Source: Terriglobales bacterium
GTDB taxonomy: Bacteria; Acidobacteriota; Terriglobia; Terriglobales; Acidobacteriaceae
Direction of reading: 5' to 3'
DNA: 47,977 nt
Assembly: GCA_035999525.1 (NCBI GenBank)
Contig: DASYGR010000089.1
Span: 1 to 47,977 of the forward strand
Shown here: in pieces, positions 19,035-26,318 of the stretch
Position numbering within the stretch: position 1 is the first letter of the stretch
Layout: the number at the start of each line of letters is the position of its first letter
Position numbers and translations under genes: made by a program
The notes under the pieces: model-generated
What the model saw: the letters and a program-made list of their open reading frames with translations, nothing else
Database searches by the model: none
What the model was told of the DNA's origin: nothing

Positions 19035-20012
19035 ATGAAACCACCAATTTTCATCGTGGGCTGTCCACGGTCAGGAACGAGTTTTCTTTATCATCTCCTG
19101 CTTTCAGCAGGGGGATTCGCTAAGTTCCACACTCAAATGAATGTCTTCGACGTTCTTGAGCCGGTTTATGGCGATCTCCAACTGATTAAAAATAGAAAAC
19201 AAATGATGCGGGACTGGCTCCAGAGCAAGGCATTTCAGGTTTCTGGACTGGATCGCGATGAGATCGAACGGAAAATTTTATCGGAATGCCGGAATGCGAG
19301 CGACTTTCTTAGAATTGTGATGAGGGAGATCGCACAAAAGCAAGGAGTGGATCGTTGGATTGATTCCACCCCAACGAATGTTCCGCACATGCTGCGAATT
19401 CAGCAGGATTTCCCCGATGCTCTTTTTATTCACATTATTCGCGATGGGCGGGACGCTGCTTTGTCGCTGGATAAACATGGATGGAGCCGACCGCTCCCTT
19501 GGGACAAAAGCAACGGGGTGCTTGCTGCGGGATTGTACTGGGAATGGATTGTACGCAAAGGCAGAGCCTCCGGAACGGCGCTGGGCTCGCATTACATCGA
19601 AATTCGCTATGAAGATCTAGTAGAGAAACCTGCGGAAGAACTCCGGCGATTAGGGAATTTCATACAGCGTGATCTTGATTATGATCGCATTCAACAAGCC
19701 AGTGTAGGCTCCGTCAAGAAGCCTTTGACGTCTTTCAAAGAAGATTTGAACGAGGGCAAATTCGCACCGGTAGGTCGTTGGAAGGTAAAGCTTTCGCCCG
19801 AACAATTAAGTTGGTTCGAAGCCCTCGTCGGCAATTACTTAAAAGAACTTGGATACGTTCTGGGCGGTAAGGCTCTTATCGATCACAGCGGCGCGATCCG
19901 GAGAAAGCGCCTGGTCTATAAGAACTTCTACGAATTTAAGCAGTGGGCGAAGGTAAATACTCCGCTCTCGCGCTGGACGCTCAATTACGCAGCCATCTTG
20001 ATTGATAAATAA
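19035..20012 (+). CDS. Sulfotransferase family protein (PAPS-dependent type), copy 1
   Basis: IFIVGCPRSGTSFLYHLL is a 5'-phosphosulfate-binding-loop-like motif, and LFIHIIRDGRDAALSL is a 3'-phosphate-binding-like motif. An alternative GTG start lies at 19011. Confidence 0.85.
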   Translation: MKPPIFIVGCPRSGTSFLYHLLLSAGGFAKFHTQMNVFDVLEPVYGDLQLIKNRKQMMRDWLQSKAFQVSGLDRDEIERKILSECRNASDFLRIVMREIAQKQGVDRWIDSTPTNVPHMLRIQQDFPDALFIHIIRDGRDAALSLDKHGWSRPLPWDKSNGVLAAGLYWEWIVRKGRASGTALGSHYIEIRYEDLVEKPAEELRRLGNFIQRDLDYDRIQQASVGSVKKPLTSFKEDLNEGKFAPVGRWKVKLSPEQLSWFEALVGNYLKELGYVLGGKALIDHSGAIRRKRLVYKNFYEFKQWAKVNTPLSRWTLNYAAILIDK

Positions 20013-20052
20013 GTCAATCCTTTACTTTTTCGGATTCTACATCCGAGGAATC

Positions 20053-21087
20053 TCAGCGTTCCAGTGCGGATAAATTCGTCATCATTCCTGCTGGAGTGTT
20101 GATTTTCACCCATCGCTTTACGGTAAGAAACGCCGGGAAAGTGTATTTCATGACCTTATCCCCAAGGCGGGGTTCTCTTTGATCAGGAGGTGTTGTCAAA
20201 GAATACCCTGAATTTTGCAGGCAATCTCCCACCAGCGTTTCGATGTCTGCGACTTGCGCGGGCGACAAGCTCTCCTTCCAGCGATTTACCGGATTCTGCC
20301 GGCCCTCCATCTGAAACGATGAATTCGGTTCCCGCAATCTCCCCAATTTCGCAGCCTGAATTCGTTCGTAGTCCAAGTCGTGATCGAGGAAGGCGCTCAG
20401 CTTACGCAGGGCGTTCTGAGGCTCAGCGACAAGTTCCTCGAAGTTCACTTCAATGTAGTCATTTGGGATCGCTTTGCCGTTCTCTCTTCCTGCTTCAACC
20501 ATCCACTTCCAATACAACGCGGTTGCTCTTATGCTGCCGGATTTTCGATTCCACGGGAACGGCCGGAATTCGCCCATTTTCTTTAAGGAAAGCGCAATAT
20601 CGCGTCCATCGCGGACTATGTGAATAAACAATGCTTCTGGAATTTCAGACTTGATTTCGTGCATGTAAAGGACGTTATCCGGATCGTACACACCCCAGCG
20701 GGAAGCATTTTGCGAGCTTGCGATTTCATCCATCACAATACGGATGAATTCGCCGCCATTTTTCGCTCCAGCGAGTAAATTGGTAGATAATTTCCCGGCA
20801 TCAAGCCCGGATCGGCGAAACCCCTTGCTTCGAATCCATGCCTGAATAACACGCTTTCGATTTTGTATCTTGTTCAAGCTGCCGAAGCGCGGGATGAGCA
20901 TCTTATGGATCGGCAAATATCCCCGGTAAATTGCAAACCCGCCCGCAGATAACAATGTGTCATAGAGGAGGTTTGTTCCCGAGCGATGACATCCAACTAC
21001 AAAAACGGGACATCGGCTTCGCGCGCTTGAGAACGAGTTTTGCTGAGAATACATGAATGAGGGTTTTGACAGAGACGTTATAGACAC
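20053..21087 (-). CDS. Sulfotransferase family protein, copy 2 (paralog of 19035..20012)
   Basis: It contains VFVVGCHRSGTNLLYDTL and LFIHIVRDGRDIALSL. By eye it is colinear with copy 1 over the whole length, for example LDYDRIQ/LDYERIQ and VGRWKVKLSPEQ/VNRWKESLSPAQ. Confidence 0.85.
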   Translation of the reverse strand: MSITSLSKPSFMYSQQNSFSSARSRCPVFVVGCHRSGTNLLYDTLLSAGGFAIYRGYLPIHKMLIPRFGSLNKIQNRKRVIQAWIRSKGFRRSGLDAGKLSTNLLAGAKNGGEFIRIVMDEIASSQNASRWGVYDPDNVLYMHEIKSEIPEALFIHIVRDGRDIALSLKKMGEFRPFPWNRKSGSIRATALYWKWMVEAGRENGKAIPNDYIEVNFEELVAEPQNALRKLSAFLDHDLDYERIQAAKLGRLREPNSSFQMEGRQNPVNRWKESLSPAQVADIETLVGDCLQNSGYSLTTPPDQREPRLGDKVMKYTFPAFLTVKRWVKINTPAGMMTNLSALER

Positions 21088-21112
21088 AATTCCAACAGCT
21101 GATCGTGCGTCG

Positions 21113-22918
21113 TCAAACTACTCCAGCAATTGCTTTTTCAATGCCCTCGACGTCGGCACCTATGTTCTTCCCATCCGATCCCTTTGCGAGGGCGGGAGAA
21201 GGCTTATTGCAATCCGCGCCATCGCCTTTTTCGCGACACAAGTGATAATCGCCGCCATGGCCTTCCTTGAAGTCGCGTAGTCCTGCATCGCGAGCATTCT
21301 TAAGGGAGATATTTCCACGTGGCCAAACACCGCCGCCAATGATCAGGTTATTTGTGAATATGGCATTAGAAAAACAATTCTTCAACAGGGAGTCAGGATC
21401 GTCCCGAGGTTGCGCACAGTTGGCAGGCCCTCCTCCTGCGCCTATCATCTGGCGCTCTCCAGCGCCGAAAATACTATTGGAAATCGTAAAGTCCTCGATC
21501 TTTGGTCCTTGGTTGAGTACCGACAAAACAGCGCGCTGCGGAAATGCCGTAACGTGGTCCAGGTGAACGATTTTTAGTGATGGAGCGACCGAAATTATCA
21601 GTGCAAACAACCCTGTGCCGTTGTACTTCTCGCCGTCAATGTCATCCACCAAAACATCGTGGATGCTATACCGTTCGCCATCCGCCGAAGGGGAATTCTG
21701 GCTTCCGGCTACGTTTGCGATGTTGAGCGCGCCGCCAACATGACGAATCAAATTGTAGCGAATGGTGACGTCCGTTACGCGACATTCAGGACAATGCCCT
21801 CCTTGATTGGCGGGAGTGAGGACGATTGAAAAGCCCTTCTGCGTAAAACCTCCCCAGCAGTTCTCGACCAGGTTGCCTTCAAATAGAACTCTTTGAGCAT
21901 TCTTGAGTTCGAAATTATTTTTTACAATGTAAGGATCGCCAGTATAGCCGCCCACAAAATCAGCCGAGCCGGGCTTCCAAATTAAAGGCTTGAAAAGATG
22001 ATTGCCGCGTATTTCTATATCTGCCGGCGTTGTGGTGCCTGGTGCGCCGCCGAACAAGATGCACTCTCCCGACGCCTCGAGAAAATTGTTAACGATCTTG
22101 TACGGGCCGCCCGGGGCGTCCCCTCCTCCCCCATTGATCGCCTGAGCATCCGTGCAGGATCCCTTGCGGGCAATGCAATGGAAATCGCTGAAGTACGAAT
22201 CAACGATCGCAACAAAGGTTGTGCCACTCAGGTGAATACCGCCTTTTGTCTCATCCTGAGGCGTGCCATGCAGCCATAGGCGGTCAAACACCAAGTGGTC
22301 GGCCGTATCCTCCGGATCTTTTGGCTGGATAAGATTGCGCATGTGCAGTTCAGGCTTCGCTCTTGTGACCTCAAGGCCAATCAAGCGGTAATGATTTGCG
22401 TGCGAAAGGAATAAAATCGGTCCCGAATCTCCATCGCCATCAAATTCAATTCTCGACATCACGTTCTGTGCCGAAGCACAGTGAAAATCAGGACGCCCAG
22501 GTAATGACGTTACACCGGCGTAGCAGGGGGAGATTCGCGTTCCTTCTGGGGGCAGGCTTTCATCCGAAGCGCCCGTCCGGATGATGATCCAATGCGAATC
22601 GTCACAAGGCTTGGCGGGCAAGCGAAACAAACCCCGAAAAGTCTTTCCCGCTTCCAGTTTTAGAGTATCTCCACACTTCGCTCCGTCAATCGCTTTTTGC
22701 AGGTCTTTGCTTTCGCGAATGTTAATCACCCGGCCAGACGCAGGGGTGAAACGTAGAGAGCTCTGAACGTACTGTCGGGGAAGTTCCGCCGGGCCATCAA
22801 ATCGGCTTGCGGGTGCCGGATCTTCACCGGCTTGAGCAGAATTCACAACTGTGCCGAGAAGAAGAATCAGACAGGAGAGAATCGCCATGGAGACGCCATT
22901 TCGTAAACTCATATGCAA
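21113..22918 (-). CDS. Secreted right-handed parallel beta-helix repeat protein (pectate-lyase-fold; candidate glycan lyase, hydrolase or epimerase)
   Basis: The signal peptide is MAILSCLILLLGTVVNSAQA. Repeated turns are seen in IVNNFLEASGECILFGG, IRGNHLFK, VKNNFELKNAQRVLFEGNLVENCWGG and IRYNLIRHVGGALNIAN. The gene ends 25 nt upstream of sulfotransferase 2. Confidence 0.65.
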   Translation of the reverse strand: MHMSLRNGVSMAILSCLILLLGTVVNSAQAGEDPAPASRFDGPAELPRQYVQSSLRFTPASGRVINIRESKDLQKAIDGAKCGDTLKLEAGKTFRGLFRLPAKPCDDSHWIIIRTGASDESLPPEGTRISPCYAGVTSLPGRPDFHCASAQNVMSRIEFDGDGDSGPILFLSHANHYRLIGLEVTRAKPELHMRNLIQPKDPEDTADHLVFDRLWLHGTPQDETKGGIHLSGTTFVAIVDSYFSDFHCIARKGSCTDAQAINGGGGDAPGGPYKIVNNFLEASGECILFGGAPGTTTPADIEIRGNHLFKPLIWKPGSADFVGGYTGDPYIVKNNFELKNAQRVLFEGNLVENCWGGFTQKGFSIVLTPANQGGHCPECRVTDVTIRYNLIRHVGGALNIANVAGSQNSPSADGERYSIHDVLVDDIDGEKYNGTGLFALIISVAPSLKIVHLDHVTAFPQRAVLSVLNQGPKIEDFTISNSIFGAGERQMIGAGGGPANCAQPRDDPDSLLKNCFSNAIFTNNLIIGGGVWPRGNISLKNARDAGLRDFKEGHGGDYHLCREKGDGADCNKPSPALAKGSDGKNIGADVEGIEKAIAGVV

Positions 22919-23143
22919 ATCTTTTCGCTATTTGGGCAATCGAAAAGCCGTTAGGCGCATACAACCGACGAAAAGCGATGATATCACCGCAAAATATGCA
23001 CTCGAAACGCCGAATGACTACCTGCCCAAATTGCGGATTCGATACTTGTGATTGTTGTCCTTTACATGCAATTCATATGCTATGATTTTTTCCTACGGTT
23101 GGGACCCCCCTCAGCAACCTTCCAGTAAATCTGCGCATGTCGA

Positions 23144-23989
23144 ATGAGGATTTCAATGAATTCAGCTCGGGCCATTTTTGCCTATACCCTCCTTGTGCTT
23201 TCCACAGCGACGTTCTCGGTGGCGCAACAACTGTACATTGCTAATGAGCCCAAACAAGAACTCATGAAGTTGGATTTAACTACCGGACTGCAAACCAACC
23301 TGTACCACATTGGGGAAGATCCCGATGACCTGATCGTGAACCCCCAAGGGCAGCTCATCTACTCGGTGCCAGGGACAGGAACCGTTTATCGCTATGATCC
23401 GGTGACAAACACGAATACCGTTCTGGTAAGTGGGCTCAGCTATGCCCGTGATTTAGTAATCGAACCGGGCGGTACCAGCATGCTGATTAGCTTGTACGCA
23501 CGAGGCGAGATCGCGCGCTTCAATTTCATTACAGGCACTACAACGATTCTTTCGAAGAAGCTGGGCACAAGTGACGGTATTGCATATGACGCCTCCGGAC
23601 ATTTGTTTGCGATAGCGAATCACAATACGGTTGTTCAGCTTGACCCGATAAGCGGAGCGGTTTTAAAAACTCTGGTGCTGGAGCTTCATCATGGGTCAAA
23701 TGGCGGCGATGGGATGACCTATGATAGCTATACGGGCCAGTTGTGGATTTCTCACGACGAGAAGGCCGAGGGTGGGCTGATCGAAGTTCCGACCGACCTT
23801 TCTGGATTTACTCTCTATCAGACCGGAAAACTCAATTACCCGGACGGAATCAAGTCAGATGGAAAGGGCAATCTATACCTTGGAGTGTTATGGACCGCAG
23901 TTGAGTACAACATCCCAAGCGATAAGATTACAAAAAGCTTTGTGGTGAGGGGCGCGGACGGCGTATCTCTTGTGCCCGGAACTTACTAA
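23144..23989 (+). CDS. Secreted beta-propeller protein (SMP-30/gluconolactonase/LRE- or NHL-like)
   Basis: The signal peptide is ...LLVLSTATFSVAQQ. About six blade-like units of roughly 40 aa follow (DDLIVNPQGQLIYS, ARDLVIEPGG, SDGIAYDASGHLFAI, GDGMTYDSYTGQLWIS, PDGIKSDGKGNLYLG). Confidence 0.55.
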   Translation: MRISMNSARAIFAYTLLVLSTATFSVAQQLYIANEPKQELMKLDLTTGLQTNLYHIGEDPDDLIVNPQGQLIYSVPGTGTVYRYDPVTNTNTVLVSGLSYARDLVIEPGGTSMLISLYARGEIARFNFITGTTTILSKKLGTSDGIAYDASGHLFAIANHNTVVQLDPISGAVLKTLVLELHHGSNGGDGMTYDSYTGQLWISHDEKAEGGLIEVPTDLSGFTLYQTGKLNYPDGIKSDGKGNLYLGVLWTAVEYNIPSDKITKSFVVRGADGVSLVPGTY

Positions 23990-24030
23990 CGCGACTACTG
24001 GCGGAAACATCCACGTTACGGTTGTATTCA

Positions 24031-24061
24031 GCTGTTGCGGCACTTTGCCTGCTGCGACAGC
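24031..24061 (+). terminator. Strong stem-loop downstream of the beta-propeller gene, without a U-tract
   Basis: A 12-bp stem with 2 G-U pairs runs GCTGTTGCGGCA (24031..24042) against TGCTGCGACAGC (24050..24061), with a 7-nt loop. It lies 42 nt after the stop and has no following T run. Confidence 0.3.
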
Positions 24062-24187
24062 CCCGCAGTTCAAATCCTTCCTTGAGTTTCTGGCCTCCGG
24101 GTCAGATTGCGGCAAAGCGGTTACACTATCCTGCTTGCCAATCAATAAAATCCGTAGCAACGTTATGTCGGCTTCGGCGAGGAGCGG

Positions 24188-25231
24188 ATGGACTTTATAG
24201 TTCTTAAGGAATTTCCTGCCGTACACGTTGAGCGTATGTGGCGAGATTGCTTGACGCGCGTCGAATTTCCTTCCCATTACAACGCGCCGGAATATTTTCT
24301 GGTGCCACTCTGGGCCGGCAAAGGACCGTTCGCGGTTCTCGCTTTGGACGGCGAAACAGTAACGGGAGTGCTGACGGGTTTGCGGACGGGAGGGGAGGTC
24401 AGTTGTGGCGTCGCGTCCCGGCCACAGATCAGCGTAGATCCCGAAAAAGATGTGAGTGCCACGCTTGATGCTCTGGCGCGTGGATTGTTGGAGGTCGCAA
24501 CCACCGCTGAGTTGATCACAGTTTATACATGGTCGTCACTGGAACTACCGGCATTCGCGGCGTGTGGGTTCAGGCACCGACGGCTTGAAGGCAGTGTAGT
24601 GCTGGACCTTACCCTCGGAGCCGAAGCGCTCTTCAAACAATTTTCAAAGGACCGGCGCAGAAATATCCGCTTCGCCGAAAAAAATGGGATTGAAGTGACG
24701 CTGGCGACGACGGCGGAAGACATTGCCGCAGCTTACGAAGTGTATGTTGCATGGCGGCAAACCGACAGGAAAACGGTTCAAGGAGAGACCAACACTTTTG
24801 AAGTTTTCGAAAAGTCAGCCCATCTTACCAACCGCATAATGCTGCTGGCCCGGCTCTCTGGAAAGGCAATCGCGATCAACATATTTCGATTTTTTCCGGG
24901 CGGATTGTTTGAGTCCGCGGCGAACAATTCCCTGGATGAATTCTTGCATCTCAAGCCCAATGAGTTGTTGCAGTGGCGCGGGATTGAATGGGCCTGCCAG
25001 CATGGAATGCAACGCCATTCCCTGGGTGGCGCACATCAATTCCTCCGCAGGTTCGGAGGAAATGTTGTCCCCATCTCACGTTACCGTCGCGATCGCACAT
25101 GGGCGCGAAAGCATGATCTGCGCGAGACAGTTCAAGACCTTAGCCGCGATGCCCTGAAGAAAATGCCGGCGCCTCTTGCGAAAACTGTGCGAAGAGCCTT
25201 CGGCAAAGATAAAGGCAAGAAGGACAAATAA
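24188..25231 (+). CDS. FemAB-like / BioF2-like GNAT-fold transferase
   Basis: FSKDRRRNIRFAEKNGIEVTLATTAEDIAAAYEVY and NELLQWRGIEWACQHGMQRHSLGGAH are characteristic of the FemAB-related acyl/aminoacyl transferase family. GAGGAG lies 4 nt upstream of the ATG. Confidence 0.65.
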   Translation: MDFIVLKEFPAVHVERMWRDCLTRVEFPSHYNAPEYFLVPLWAGKGPFAVLALDGETVTGVLTGLRTGGEVSCGVASRPQISVDPEKDVSATLDALARGLLEVATTAELITVYTWSSLELPAFAACGFRHRRLEGSVVLDLTLGAEALFKQFSKDRRRNIRFAEKNGIEVTLATTAEDIAAAYEVYVAWRQTDRKTVQGETNTFEVFEKSAHLTNRIMLLARLSGKAIAINIFRFFPGGLFESAANNSLDEFLHLKPNELLQWRGIEWACQHGMQRHSLGGAHQFLRRFGGNVVPISRYRRDRTWARKHDLRETVQDLSRDALKKMPAPLAKTVRRAFGKDKGKKDK

Positions 25232-25257
25232 GGTCAGCCTAAACGAGCGCATCCCAT

Positions 25258-25300
25258 GCCGCCATTTTCAAGAAATCCTTGAGGCGGTTTATTTCTTCTT
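25258..25300 (+). terminator. Candidate intrinsic terminator after the FemAB-like gene
   Basis: A composite hairpin reads GCCGCC-ATTT-TCAAG-AAATC-CTTGA-GGCGGT (25258..25288). It is followed by the T-rich tract TTATTTCTTCTT (25289..25300). Confidence 0.45.
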
Positions 25301-25438
25301 GGGCGGTTTTTTCTTTTCGCGTTTCGGCGCGTCTTTGTTTCCCATGCCCACAGTTTCCCATAGGATATGAAACTCCGCCAGTCCTCAGATGATTTCTCAC
25401 GCGTTTAATCATGTCATGATAGATTCTTCCATTCGAGA

Positions 25439-26299
25439 GTGTCCCAGGCTCCAGTTATCGGACACAGTCGCATTCGGGGAATTGATGTGACTAAGGTCGG
25501 AGTTTACCTGTATGGCTTCGCGTCAGCCGCTGTCGGCGTCATGGATTTTATCTGGGGCGACTTTGACACCTCCCATCAACCGATCCAGGCGTTCGGGGAT
25601 CACATTCCTGGTCGTGAGATCCTGGCGTATATCACCGCCGTGTGGATGATCGCAGGGGGCGTTGCGATTCTGTGGCGGCGCAGCGCTCGGGCGGGTGCAG
25701 CCGCGCTGGCCAGTATCTATTTCGTTTTTGCGGTGTTCTGGTTGCCGCGATTCTATACTGCGGCTCACTATCTTGGGTTTCGAATTTCCGTCGAAATCGG
25801 TGTCTTCGCGGGATTCGGTTCGCAGCTGATCGCGGTCGCCGCAGGAGCCCTCGTTTACAGCTCCCTGGCAGCTCAGAGTGCTTCATGGCCACGAACGATT
25901 CTTGTCGCTCGCTGGATATTTGGAGTCTGCTCAATAGCCTTCGGCTTGGGACATTTGACTTCCATTCAGGAAAACACCATTTACGTCCCCAGGTGGATGC
26001 CGGGAGGAGAGTTTTGGACCATCGTGACTGGAATTTGCTTCGTACTCGCAGGCCTTGCGATACTCTCCGGAATTTTAGACGTCCTGGCTGCGCGGCTGCT
26101 TGCGCTGATGTTTCTAGTCTTCAATCTAGTCGCATTGCCACCTTTCATCTTCGCCAATCCTCACCGCCATGCTGCCTGGGGCGGCAACGCCTATAACCTG
26201 GCTGCGGTGGCATCCGCGTGGATATTGGCCGCCTCCCTTGCGAATCGCGACACCCTGCCACAAAACGAGGCTAACGAGCAGCTTGCAGGGGTTTGTTAG
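25439..26299 (+). CDS. Hypothetical polytopic membrane protein (about 8 TM segments)
   Basis: The hydrophobic helices are regularly spaced (GVYLYGFASAAVGVMDF, ILAYITAVWMIAGGVAILW, and others). The GTG start is uncertain and I do not recognise the family. Confidence 0.55.
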   Translation: MSQAPVIGHSRIRGIDVTKVGVYLYGFASAAVGVMDFIWGDFDTSHQPIQAFGDHIPGREILAYITAVWMIAGGVAILWRRSARAGAAALASIYFVFAVFWLPRFYTAAHYLGFRISVEIGVFAGFGSQLIAVAAGALVYSSLAAQSASWPRTILVARWIFGVCSIAFGLGHLTSIQENTIYVPRWMPGGEFWTIVTGICFVLAGLAILSGILDVLAARLLALMFLVFNLVALPPFIFANPHRHAAWGGNAYNLAAVASAWILAASLANRDTLPQNEANEQLAGVC

Positions 26300-26318
26300 G
26301 ACATCTCAATATAGCGGT

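Noticed and set aside
20030-20046. Hairpin TCGGAT-TCTAC-ATCCGA between the convergent sulfotransferase genes.
   Set aside because: The stem is only 6 bp with no flanking U-tract on either strand, which is too weak to call a terminator.
25289-25345. Tiny Lys-rich minus-strand ORF (MGNKDAPKREKKKPPKKK), and a nearby 39-codon ORF sharing the duplicated ATGGGAAAC start.
   Set aside because: The Lys codons are simply the complement of the T-rich tract of the candidate terminator after the FemAB-like gene. There is no Shine-Dalgarno, and the ORFs are antisense to both neighbouring genes.
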